A stretch of DNA of 64,000 nt from an uncultured Spirochaetota bacterium (GTDB lineage Bacteria > Spirochaetota > Spirochaetia > SZUA-6 > Fen-1364), in the NCBI GenBank assembly GCA_963781885.1, contig CAWAHW010000003.1:32001-96000 (forward strand), read 5' to 3'. The notes beneath the pieces were generated by a model. The model was not told where the DNA came from. It made no database searches and was given only the letters and a program-made list of their open reading frames with translations. Each line of letters opens with the position of its first letter. Within the stretch, counting starts at the first letter, position 1. Below are positions 42,581 through 51,196 of this stretch, in pieces. Both the position numbers and the translations under genes were made by a program.

Positions 42581-42935
42581 CCCTTCTCCATCTCTTCGGG
42601 TTGGCCTCGATGTTCAGAAGGAGTTCTAAAGAAAAAAGGAGGCTTTTAGAGCTTGACGGGGGCACATCATATCAGAACTGCTGTGTTCTGCCGATACACT
42701 ACTTGACGGGGGTTGGGGAAAATATGCCCGGGAGTGGAAATGTCGCCCCGGAAAGCATGAAACCTCTTGCATTTGTTTTTTGACTGTAGTATGCATTGCA
42801 AAGAGACGAGGGGAGGGGACCCGCCTTTCGCGCGCTATCCCGGAGGCACGACAGGACGAACAGACCGCCCGCTCAGACACCAAAGGGGCATGGCCCCTTG
42901 CGAATGCCTCATGAGATGAAGGAGTTCCGACAGAA

Positions 42936-44246
42936 ATGGAAACCAAAGTGCTGAGCACTGAGGAGGCAGAACCTCCAGGTACAATGCCCGTAGTCCAGGA
43001 GTTTGCCGAACTGGCCGGCATCCGGACTACGATGACCCGGTTCACGTCCTATTCCCGCCCGAGAAAGCCTTCGCCCGTTGCGCCCCGCTTCACCGTTTCC
43101 AATCGATCCGAAGAGTTCCGCGCGCGCTTCTTTCCCCTTGCCACGGCCGCCGAATGGTGCGACTGGCGCTGGCAGCTGCGAAACCGCGTCCGCTCGCTCG
43201 AGGACCTGGAAAAGATGGTGCGGCTCACACAGGACGAGCGCACGGCGATCGCCCGGCACACCGGATCGCTGCCTTTCGCCATCACTCCGTACTACCTGAG
43301 CCTTGTCGACCCCGACAACGCGGAACAGCCGCTGCGCCGTACGATGATCCCGGTAACGGATGAATACCTGCGTATGCCGGGTGAGGCCGCGGATCCGCTG
43401 GGTGAGGATGACGACAGCCCGGTGCCCTGCATCGTGCATCGCTATCCGGACAGGGCCCTCTTCCTTGTCGCCAACTCCTGCGCCTCCAACTGCCGCTACT
43501 GCACGCGGTCGCGCATGGTGGAAAACCCCAAGAACGACAGCATCTTCTTCCAGTCGCAGTGGGAAGAGGCCATTTCCTACATCGAAAGCCACCCCGAGAT
43601 CCGCGACGTGCTACTCTCCGGGGGCGATCCCCTGACGCTCTCCGACGAGAAGCTGGACTGGCTTCTCTCGCGGCTGCACCGCATCCCCCACGTGGAGTTC
43701 CTCCGCATCGGGACCAAGGCGCCCGTGGTGATGCCCCAGCGGATCACGACCTCGCTCCTGCGCGTGCTGAAGCGCTACCATCCCCTCTGGATGAGCATCC
43801 ATTTCACGCATCCGGAGGAGCTCACGCCCGAAACCGTGGAGGCCTGCGGACGCCTGGCGGACGCCGGCATCCCCCTGGGGAGCCAGACGGTTCTGCTGGC
43901 GGGCATCAACGACACCGTGGAGGTCATGACGCGCCTCATGCACGGCCTCTTGAAGGCGCGCGTGAAGCCCTACTACCTCTACCAGTGCGACCCGATACTC
44001 GGCTCGGCGCACTTCCGCACCCCGGTCCAGAAGGGCCTGGAGATGATCCAAGGCCTGCGGGGACACACCTCGGGATACGCGGTTCCGTCGTACGTGATCG
44101 ACGCCCCCGGGGGAGGCGGCAAGATACCCCTCCTGCCCGAATACGTCGTCGGCCGCGACGGAAATGACCTCGTGCTCCGCAATTACCAGGGTCTCCTCTT
44201 CCGCTACCCGGACACGTTGGGCGCCAAACAAGAGCCCGCGACATGA
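42936..44246 (+). CDS. kamA: KamA-family radical SAM aminomutase (lysine 2,3-aminomutase-like)
   Basis: DWRWQLRN, ITPYY, HRYPDR, CASNCRYCTR, LLSGGDPL, DAPGGGGKIP (PLP lysine). Confidence 0.88.
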   Translation: METKVLSTEEAEPPGTMPVVQEFAELAGIRTTMTRFTSYSRPRKPSPVAPRFTVSNRSEEFRARFFPLATAAEWCDWRWQLRNRVRSLEDLEKMVRLTQDERTAIARHTGSLPFAITPYYLSLVDPDNAEQPLRRTMIPVTDEYLRMPGEAADPLGEDDDSPVPCIVHRYPDRALFLVANSCASNCRYCTRSRMVENPKNDSIFFQSQWEEAISYIESHPEIRDVLLSGGDPLTLSDEKLDWLLSRLHRIPHVEFLRIGTKAPVVMPQRITTSLLRVLKRYHPLWMSIHFTHPEELTPETVEACGRLADAGIPLGSQTVLLAGINDTVEVMTRLMHGLLKARVKPYYLYQCDPILGSAHFRTPVQKGLEMIQGLRGHTSGYAVPSYVIDAPGGGGKIPLLPEYVVGRDGNDLVLRNYQGLLFRYPDTLGAKQEPAT

Positions 44247-44254
44247 GAAACACC

Positions 44255-44290
44255 TGCGCCGCGCCCGCAAGGGCCGCGGCGCATTCTTTT
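44255..44290 (+). terminator. intrinsic terminator-like hairpin after kamA
   Basis: TGCGCCGCG-CCC-GCAA-GGG-CCGCGGCGCA followed by TTCTTTT. Confidence 0.55.
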
Positions 44291-44301
44291 GTGCTTCACC
44301 C

Positions 44302-45321
44302 ATGACGGCGTCGAAAATCGCACTTGTCTACGGTCGCGTCGACGCGGAAGCGCCGCTGGATGAGCGGGACGTGCTCGTTCAGGTCGACGCGGTGCGCACG
44401 GCTCTCCATTCCCTCGGGCATGCCACGATCGACGTGCCGCTCTCCCTGGACCTGGGCGCTGCTGCCGCGGCGCTTTCTGCCGCGGGGCCGCTGATCGCCT
44501 TCAACCTGGCGGAGACCATCGACGGGAAGGGGAGCCTCATCCAGCTCGCCCCGACGCTCCTGGAGAGCCTGCGCATCCCCTATACCGGGGCGCCCTCAGA
44601 GGCCGTCCTTCTCACCTCTCACAAGCTCCTGGCCAAAAAGACGCTGTCCGCGGGCGGCATCCCCACGCCGGCGTGGGCGTCCGCGAAAGAGGCCCTGAAC
44701 GGCCGCCCTCCCGGTCCCGCCCCCTGGATCGTGAAGTCGGTCTGGGAGCATGCCTCCATAGGGCTGGAGGACAGCGCCGTGGCCGGCACGGAGGAGGAGC
44801 TGGTCCGGGAGGTGCGCCGGCGGGTTGCGCGCGAATCCATCGAGCACCTTTTCGTCGAGCAGTACGTCGACGGCCGCGAGCTCAATCTGGCGCTCCTGGG
44901 CGGCCCGGCCGGCCCGCAGAACCTGCCTCCCGCCGAGATACGGTTCGTCGGCTACCCCCCTGGCAAGCCGCGCATGGTCGGCTACCGTGCAAAATGGGAC
45001 GAGGGCTCATTCGAATACGGCAATACCCCGCGGCGTTTCGACTTCCCGCCGGAGGACGAGGGGCTGCTGAAAAAGCTCGTCGCCCTGAGCAGGGAATGCT
45101 GGCGGCTTTTCGGGCTCGCGGGCTATGCCCGTGTGGACTTCAGGGTCGACGCCGCGGGGCGGGCCTGGGTCCTGGAAATCAACACGAATCCCTGCCTGGC
45201 GTTGGATGCAGGCTTCATGGCTGCTGCGGACAGGGCGGGATTGACGCTGGAACAGGTCGTCGAGAGGATCGTCGCCGAGGCGGCGCACCCCTCCGGCGGC
45301 TGCGAGGAGAGCAACGTATGA
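44302..45321 (+). CDS. D-Ala-D-Ala ligase-like ATP-grasp enzyme
   Basis: FNLAE, IPYTG, IVKSVWEHASIG, VEQYVDGRE, YRAKW, GYARVDFR, LEINTNPCL; lacks the canonical Ddl N-terminal GGxSxE motif. Confidence 0.85.
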   Translation: MTASKIALVYGRVDAEAPLDERDVLVQVDAVRTALHSLGHATIDVPLSLDLGAAAAALSAAGPLIAFNLAETIDGKGSLIQLAPTLLESLRIPYTGAPSEAVLLTSHKLLAKKTLSAGGIPTPAWASAKEALNGRPPGPAPWIVKSVWEHASIGLEDSAVAGTEEELVREVRRRVARESIEHLFVEQYVDGRELNLALLGGPAGPQNLPPAEIRFVGYPPGKPRMVGYRAKWDEGSFEYGNTPRRFDFPPEDEGLLKKLVALSRECWRLFGLAGYARVDFRVDAAGRAWVLEINTNPCLALDAGFMAAADRAGLTLEQVVERIVAEAAHPSGGCEESNV

Positions 45322-45818
45322 GCGTCCAGACAATCGGGTTCCGCACCACGGTCACGGAAAGCGACCCGCGCTTGGTGCGCGAGATCACCGATTCCACCGG
45401 TTTCTTCTATCCCGAGGAGGTCGAGACGGCGGTCGAGCTCGTCGACGACTGGCTCCTGAAGGGACCGCGCTGCGGATATCACTTTCTCTTTGCCGAGCAG
45501 GACGGCAGGACCGTGGGCTACACGAGCTACGGTCCCATCGCCTGCACGAAGGAAAGCTACGACCTGTACTGGATCGTCGTGGCGGGCGATTATCGCGGCA
45601 AGGGGCTGGGCACGCTGCTGCTGGAGCGGACGGAGCAGGCCATCGCCGCACTCGGCGGCACACGGATCTACATCGAAACTTCCGCGCGCCCCTTCTATCT
45701 CCCCACGCGCGCCTTTTACCTCGCGCGTGGATACAAACAGGTCGCGGAGCTGGAAGACTTCTATGCCCCCGGCGATGCAAAGGCCATGTACCTGAAGGTC
45801 ATGCCAAAGGCACGCTGA
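45318..45818 (+). CDS. GNAT N-acetyltransferase
   Basis: YDLYWIVV...YRGKGLG, IYIETS, TRAFY, DFYAPGD; overlaps the stop of the ATP-grasp gene. Confidence 0.88.
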   Translation: MSVQTIGFRTTVTESDPRLVREITDSTGFFYPEEVETAVELVDDWLLKGPRCGYHFLFAEQDGRTVGYTSYGPIACTKESYDLYWIVVAGDYRGKGLGTLLLERTEQAIAALGGTRIYIETSARPFYLPTRAFYLARGYKQVAELEDFYAPGDAKAMYLKVMPKAR

Positions 45819-45850
45819 CATTCGCCTCCATCGCGGGTAGGCTCCTCAGC

Positions 45851-46366
45851 ATGAAGCGCGCACTGCCCGGTCTCCTTGCCGGCCTCATCCTGTTCGACAT
45901 CCTCCTGAACCTGCCGGGGCTCCGCACGGCGGCGCCCGTCGCCTCGTTGCTCGTGCCGTCGATCGACCTGCTCGTCGTCGGCGCGCTCTGCGCGGGAATT
46001 GCCCAGGCGGGAGAATCATCGCGGCAGGGTCTGCGCATCGCGATCAGCGCATTCGCAGCTCTCCTGCTCGTCTATGCCACCGGCGGCAGGTTCGGTTTCG
46101 GCATTGCGTTCCACCTCTTCGGGACCGCGGGCATCCTCGTGGCGGCAAGCTGCGTCGCGTCGCTGCTGGCCGTTGCGCTGGCGGGCGCGGCCGGCTACCT
46201 GCTCACGGGGCTTCTGGTGCGCGGGTTCGCGGCACCGCTGGTGCGCAGCATCTTCGTCCTTGTCATCGCGCTCTGCGCCGTGCTGCAGGTGCTCGTGGGC
46301 AGGCACGTCTTTGCCCCCAGCGTCATCCCGCGCATCGTCCGCGACATCGCCGCTCAGCTTCGATAG
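45851..46366 (+). CDS. hypothetical membrane protein
   Basis: Several hydrophobic segments, host-like codon usage, TAGGCT-7nt-ATG upstream. Confidence 0.6.
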   Translation: MKRALPGLLAGLILFDILLNLPGLRTAAPVASLLVPSIDLLVVGALCAGIAQAGESSRQGLRIAISAFAALLLVYATGGRFGFGIAFHLFGTAGILVAASCVASLLAVALAGAAGYLLTGLLVRGFAAPLVRSIFVLVIALCAVLQVLVGRHVFAPSVIPRIVRDIAAQLR

Positions 46367-47349
46367 CGGGCCATCTCGGCCTCGACGCGCGCGTGCTCGG
46401 CCTGCACCGTCGCAAGCTCCTGCTCGGACAGGAGATGCCGGCAGAGAGCGAGCGGGATCCGCACGGGCATGTGGTGGGCGTCCGCCATCCGGGCAAAAGA
46501 CCGCGTGACCTGTCGATAGTAGCTCGGTGCCGCATTGCCCCAGTCGGGCCGACCTGCCGGGACCGCCGGATAGAGACGGTCGATGCGGGCGGCAAGATCG
46601 GCATTATCTCCCGCAACCGCGCGCATGAAGTGCTCCTTCTGCCGCCCCTGCTTCAGCGTCATGCCGCCGAAGACCACGTACTGCGCGCCCGCGGCGGCCG
46701 ACGCGGCGACGCTCCGCTCGATCTCGGCAGGAGCATCGCTCAGGAACGGGACGACCGGGATGAGGAAGACGCCGCCATTGATGCCGCGTCGCCGCAGCTT
46801 GGCAAGCGCCTGGAGACGCGCCGAGGGGGGAGGGGCACCCGGCTCCAGAAGCGCGCCAACCGTGTCGTCGGCCGTGGAGATGCTGAAGCTCACCAGCGCG
46901 CTGCCGGAGGCGGCAAGGCGTCCCAGGAGGTCCGCATCGCGCAGCACCAGGGATGATTTCGTGAGGACGTGGACGGGGATGTCGTACGTGGCGAGCAGCT
47001 CCAGCACCTCGCGGGTGATCCGGCAGCGGCCTTCCGCCGGCTGATAGCTGTCGCCCACGCCGCCGCCCAGGAGGAGAAAGCCTCCCTGGCGCGCGGAGGA
47101 AAAAAGCTCGTGCTGGACCGGCCGGTCCAGGCCCAGCTCCTTGCGGAGAAGCGCGATGGCATTCGCTTTCACTTGGACGTCCGCTGCGAAATCACCGTCG
47201 ACCCGGTATTTCTCCGCCCGGCCGTCGCAGTAGGCGCAGTTGTGCGCGCAGCCGCGATAGAGGTTCATGCCGGCGCGGGACACGAAGAAGGAATCGATGC
47301 GCCGCGCCTTTCGCAGGAGTGTTTTTGCCGTGGATTCCGTGACGCCCAT
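46354..47349 (-). CDS. radical SAM protein, SplB/DNA-repair photolyase-like (COG1533-type)
   Basis: MNLYRGCAHNCAYCDGR, DSYQPAE, LTKSSLVLRD, LEPGAPPPSARL. Confidence 0.82.
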   Translation of the reverse strand: MGVTESTAKTLLRKARRIDSFFVSRAGMNLYRGCAHNCAYCDGRAEKYRVDGDFAADVQVKANAIALLRKELGLDRPVQHELFSSARQGGFLLLGGGVGDSYQPAEGRCRITREVLELLATYDIPVHVLTKSSLVLRDADLLGRLAASGSALVSFSISTADDTVGALLEPGAPPPSARLQALAKLRRRGINGGVFLIPVVPFLSDAPAEIERSVAASAAAGAQYVVFGGMTLKQGRQKEHFMRAVAGDNADLAARIDRLYPAVPAGRPDWGNAAPSYYRQVTRSFARMADAHHMPVRIPLALCRHLLSEQELATVQAEHARVEAEMARYRS

Positions 47350-47353
47350 GGAT

Positions 47354-47460
47354 CAGCGGCCAGATGAATGCCACCAGGAGTGGCCGGACGAATGCCGCCA
47401 GCAGTGGCCGGACGAATGCCACCAGCAGTGGCCGGACGAATGCCACCAGCAGTGGCCGGA
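47354..47460. repeat. 24-bp tandem repeat, ~4.5 copies (CAGCAGTGGCCGGACGAATGCCAC)
   Basis: Units at 47375-47398, 47399-47422 and 47423-47446, with degenerate or partial units on both sides. Each unit holds a GTGGC...GCCAC hairpin. Confidence 0.9.
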
Positions 47461-47688
47461 AATGTGGAAGGGGATGTGAGATGCGCATGTGTAGGTTGCT
47501 CTCATCGAGAGACCTTTACCTCCATCGGGAGGCCCCTGCTTCTCACAATCCCCTTCAGTGATGAATGTGATTCATCGCGGTCATTATAGACCCCGGGCAT
47601 TGTGAATGCAACGAAAATGTGCGCGTGATGCAACTCATTTCCTTTTCACGAGATAGCGCGCCGAGCGGACGCGTGGCCCTGTCCGTCA

Positions 47689-47717
47689 TTGCACCTCGTG
47701 CGGGGAAAATGTAGTCT
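47689..47717 (+). promoter_or_regulatory. leaderless-type promoter (TTGCAC-17-TAGTCT-7nt-ATG)
   Basis: TTGCAC 47689-47694, TAGTCT 47712-47717, ATG 47725. Confidence 0.45.
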
Positions 47718-47724
47718 CTGCCTG

Positions 47725-48735
47725 ATGGACAGCATGTTGAAAGCGCGTGAGATACACGCGCGGAGCGCCGTGATCGACGCGCACGCCGACACGTTCGGAC
47801 GCTACCTCGATGCACCGGATGGTTTCTTCGGGGCCGGGCGGGAAGGGCACCTGGACAGCAGGAGGATGCGGGAGATCGGCCAGAATGTGCAGGTCATGGC
47901 CATCTATACCCCGCCTGAAAAGACCGGCCCTGCCGCGTTGGAATACGGGCGCGCCTTCCTGCGGGCAATCGACAAGGTATTCGACTCGCCGCTCAATCTG
48001 CGGCTCACCCCGCCGTATCGGCGCATCCTGACGGCCGCCGACCTCGATGAGGCCTGTCGGCCCGGCTGTTTCGGGTTCCTTCTTTTCATCGAAGGCGCCT
48101 CGCCGCTCTGCGGCAGCAGGGACAACCTGGAGCTTTTCCATCGCATGGGCATCCGGGGCATCACGGTCACGCACAACCACGACAATGAAGCGGCGCGGGG
48201 ATGCTTCGCGGAAGGACCCGACAGCGGGCTCACCGCTTTCGGCAGGGAAATGGTCACGGCGATGTTCGACCTCGGCATGACGGTTGACCTCGCGCATTCG
48301 AACGAGCGGGTCTTCTGGGACGTCATGTCCATTGCCCGCCGGCCGGTGATCGATTCGCACACGGGCCTCCGCTCGTTCTGGGATCACCCACGCAACCTGC
48401 GCGACGAGCAGGTGAAGGCCGTTGCCGGCACCGGCGGGGTGGTCTGCATCGACTTCGTGCCCGATCATCTCTGCCTGCGCGCGGAGCCGAAGAAACCCGT
48501 GGGCATCGGCCAGGTCGTTCGGGTCATCACGCGCACCGTGGAGATCGCGGGCGTGGCGCACGTGGGGCTGGGCGCAGACTGGGACGGCTTCGAGGAGACC
48601 GTGGAAGGCCTGGAGGACTGCGCGAAGCTTCCGCGGCTCACCGCGGCGCTCCTGGACGCGGGGTATGCGGAAGCTGACGCCGCAATGATACTTGGTGGAA
48701 ACCTCCAGCGCGCGCTCACGGGGGCAATGGCATGA
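47725..48735 (+). CDS. membrane dipeptidase (peptidase M19)
   Basis: IDAHAD, IEG, GLTAFG, VDLAH, DSH, RNLRDEQ, GLGADWDG, LGGN. Confidence 0.9.
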   Translation: MDSMLKAREIHARSAVIDAHADTFGRYLDAPDGFFGAGREGHLDSRRMREIGQNVQVMAIYTPPEKTGPAALEYGRAFLRAIDKVFDSPLNLRLTPPYRRILTAADLDEACRPGCFGFLLFIEGASPLCGSRDNLELFHRMGIRGITVTHNHDNEAARGCFAEGPDSGLTAFGREMVTAMFDLGMTVDLAHSNERVFWDVMSIARRPVIDSHTGLRSFWDHPRNLRDEQVKAVAGTGGVVCIDFVPDHLCLRAEPKKPVGIGQVVRVITRTVEIAGVAHVGLGADWDGFEETVEGLEDCAKLPRLTAALLDAGYAEADAAMILGGNLQRALTGAMA

Positions 48736-49250
48736 GCGATCCGCTGCCGCACCAGGTAAGCAAGATCGACTGGGCGACGTGGGTGCCGACCGAGCGGGCG
48801 ACGCTGCTTTTTGTCGTGCGCGACGGCAGCATCCTCCTCATCGACAAGAAAACCGGCCTGGGCGCCGGCAAGATCAACGGGCCCGGCGGACGCATCGACC
48901 CCGGGGAGACCGCCCTCCAGGGCGCCATCCGGGAGGTGCGGGAGGAGCTTTGCGTGACGCCTACGGGCGTGCGGGAGGCCGGCGAGCTTTCCTTCCAGTT
49001 CCTCGACGGCTATTCGCTGCACGGCGCCGTCTTCACGGCAAGCGGTTTCGACGGTGAGCTGTGCGAGACCCGGGAGGCGCGGCCGCGCTGGACGCCCGTG
49101 GACAGCATCCCCTACGACCGCATGTGGGCCGACGACCGGCTCTGGATCCCGCACATGCTGGAAGGCCGACGTTTCATCGGCTGGTTCATCTTCGACGACG
49201 ATAGGATGCTCGATTCCCGGGTCCACGTCGACGCGCCCGGCCCGCGCTGA
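48732..49250 (+). CDS. NUDIX hydrolase (MTH1/8-oxo-dGTPase-like)
   Basis: Nudix box GGRIDPGET...AIREVREE, IPYDRMWADD. Confidence 0.88.
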   Translation: MSDPLPHQVSKIDWATWVPTERATLLFVVRDGSILLIDKKTGLGAGKINGPGGRIDPGETALQGAIREVREELCVTPTGVREAGELSFQFLDGYSLHGAVFTASGFDGELCETREARPRWTPVDSIPYDRMWADDRLWIPHMLEGRRFIGWFIFDDDRMLDSRVHVDAPGPR

Positions 49251-49285
49251 TATAATCATATCATGGAGGAGACCGACGCCGCTCT

Positions 49286-51195
49286 TTGAGAGGACGCGTT
49301 CGCGGTCTCGCGGGAGCGTCCTCCCTGCCTGCCTCATCCTCGTCCTCGTCCTTGGCTGCGCCGGCGCTCTGCCCGGGACCGCGGAGTCACTCTTGCAGGT
49401 CGACGCCCTGGTCGGGTTCAACGGCCTGGCGCGCGAAGGCCGTTTCGCCCCCATCCTCGTGAGCATCGCCAACGCGGGCACGAGCATTCCCGTGGACGTG
49501 CGCCTCGTCGTCTCCTGGGGCAGCAGCCTGCGGGGGACCACGGACGGACGCGTCTTCACCCGGCAGAGCGTCCTTGGCGGCGGCGCGACCCGCCGGATCC
49601 CCTTCCTGGTGCCGCTGCCCCCGGACGCACGCTCACTTGACCTGAGCGTTTCGTCGCAGGGATCCGTGCTCGCCCACCAGAGCATCGACCTGCGCGGACA
49701 GGTGAGTCGTGACCGTATCGTGGTCGGCGTGGCGAGCGAGCTGTCCCTGGACTCGATCACGGCGCTGTCCGACGACACGGGCAATGTCCGCGTCGTGTAC
49801 CCCCGGATCGACGATCTGCCCGAGTCCTGGGCGGCCTACGACGGCGTCGACATGGTGGTCGTCCACGACACTTCCTTCCAGCAGCTGCGGTCGTCGCAGG
49901 TGTCCGCGCTGGAGCGATGGGTCGTCACGGGCGGCGCGCTCGTGCTCACCGGCGGCGCGGCGGGCCTCCAGCACGCGGATGCCGGCTTCGGCGGGCTCAT
50001 GCCCGTGCGCGTCACCGGTCTCGTCACCCGCACCGCGCTACCGGCGGTCGCGCGCCTTGCCGGCGCGCCCCGCGCCCCGCGCGGCAGCATCGTCGTGGCG
50101 CAGTCGCTCGTGACGACGGGCAGGACGCTCGCCCGGGACGGGGACCTGCCGCTCGTGGTGGAGCGACGCCTGGGCCGGGGCTCCGTGTGGTTCCTGGCCT
50201 TCGATCCGACCCTCCCGCCTTTCCCCGGCTGGGGCGGGACGCTCGCGCTCTGGCGCCTGATGGCGTCGCGCGACAGGCAGCCGACGCTCCCCGCGGATTC
50301 TCACGCGCCCCTGGACGACCCGTGGCTGCGCGTGATGCTCGCCTCCCCCGGTATGGCCGTGCCGTCGGTGATCCTCGTTCTCGCCCTCGTGGCGCTGTAC
50401 TGCGCGCTTCTCTTTCCGCTCACCGTCGGCCGGCTGCTGAGGGGCATGAAGACGCGTCTGCGGATCGCCCTGCTTCTTCTCATTCCCCTGCTCGCGGGCG
50501 CGGGAAGCTGGATTGCCTTCGACAAGGTCATCTTTCGCGCAGCGCCGCGCTCCATCGATGCGGCCCTCGTGGAGATGCGGTCGGGCGACGGTCAGGCGCT
50601 CGTCACCGAAAGGGTGGGCATCGTCGCCTCCCGGCCGGGCACGGTGGACATCGCGGCCGGCATCCACGAGCTGCCGGTGAGCGAGATCAGTCTCCGGCTC
50701 GCGGGAGCCGCCGCGCGCACCCCTCCACCGCCGGGCTTCGCCGTGGCGGCGGGCGATGCAACGACGCTTTCGGGCATCGCCGTCGGCCGGTACGGCACAA
50801 GGCTCCTGCTTCTGCAAGATGTGGTTCCCATGCCCGTCACCGCGCGCGCCGTCCGCGCGGGATCGGAAGTGGCGGTCACGGTGAGCAATGACTCCGCGCG
50901 CGCCCTCCAGTCCTGCTTCTTCTGGACCGGCGGACGCGGCTACCGGCTGGGCGACATCCCTGCGAATGGCGTGGCGCGGGCGTCATTCGCGCTCGAGGAC
51001 GGCGTGGCCCCGCAGGCCCTCCGGGTCGTGGACGATGCGACGCGGGCCGCGTTGTGGAATCTCGTGGCACCGGGCGTGAGCGGTCCCGCCGTCATCGGCT
51101 GGCTGGATGACAGCGCGCTCGCCCTTCGCGTCGGGGGCGCCGACGCGGTCGACGGGCGCGCACCCCTGTCGCTCCTCGTGGTGGAGTCGGAATGA
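49286..51195 (+). CDS. exported/membrane protein with class I glutamine amidotransferase-like domain (first gene of the MoxR operon); start uncertain
   Basis: Signal-like N-terminus, LPESWAAYDGVDMVV...LERWV..GG.LV, LGRGSV, two TM helices. A TTG at 49286 after GGAGG would need a 1-nt indel near 49316. Confidence 0.6.
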
Positions 51196-51196
51196 C

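Larger units (their letters stand above)
41190..42676 (+). mobile_element. IS110-family (IS1111-type) insertion sequence
   Basis: Sub-terminal inverted repeats ATATGAAGTGCCCCC (41195-41209) / GGGGGCACATCATAT (42658-42672), 14/15 match. AGA core at both ends (41190-41192, 42674-42676). TTGACG -35 box inside the right end. Lower GC than the flanks; long 3' non-coding region. Confidence 0.9.
41080..42683. mobile_element. ~120-bp MITE-like element, copy 2 (41080-41192 + 42677-42683), interrupted by the IS110-family element
   Basis: Flanked by the 13-bp direct repeat TGTTCTGCCGATA (41067-41079 / 42684-42696). The arm GCAGTTCTCATTTTG (41108-41122) is perfectly inverted to CAAAATGAGAACTGC, which is rebuilt when the IS is removed. 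Motif spacing (17 and 60 nt) is the same as copy 1. Confidence 0.72.

Noticed and set aside
41073-42696. GCCGATA (twice) as sigma28 -10 elements
   Set aside because: There is no TAAA -35 at the right spacing, and both lie in the 13-bp direct repeat interpreted as a target-site duplication.
47354-47460. Possible CRISPR array
   Set aside because: Units are head-to-tail with no unique spacers, and no cas genes are present.
49251-49289. TATAAT followed by ATG 49263 as a leaderless start of the MoxR-operon first gene
   Set aside because: That ATG is out of frame and closes after 8 codons. The GGAGG within it more likely serves a downstream start.
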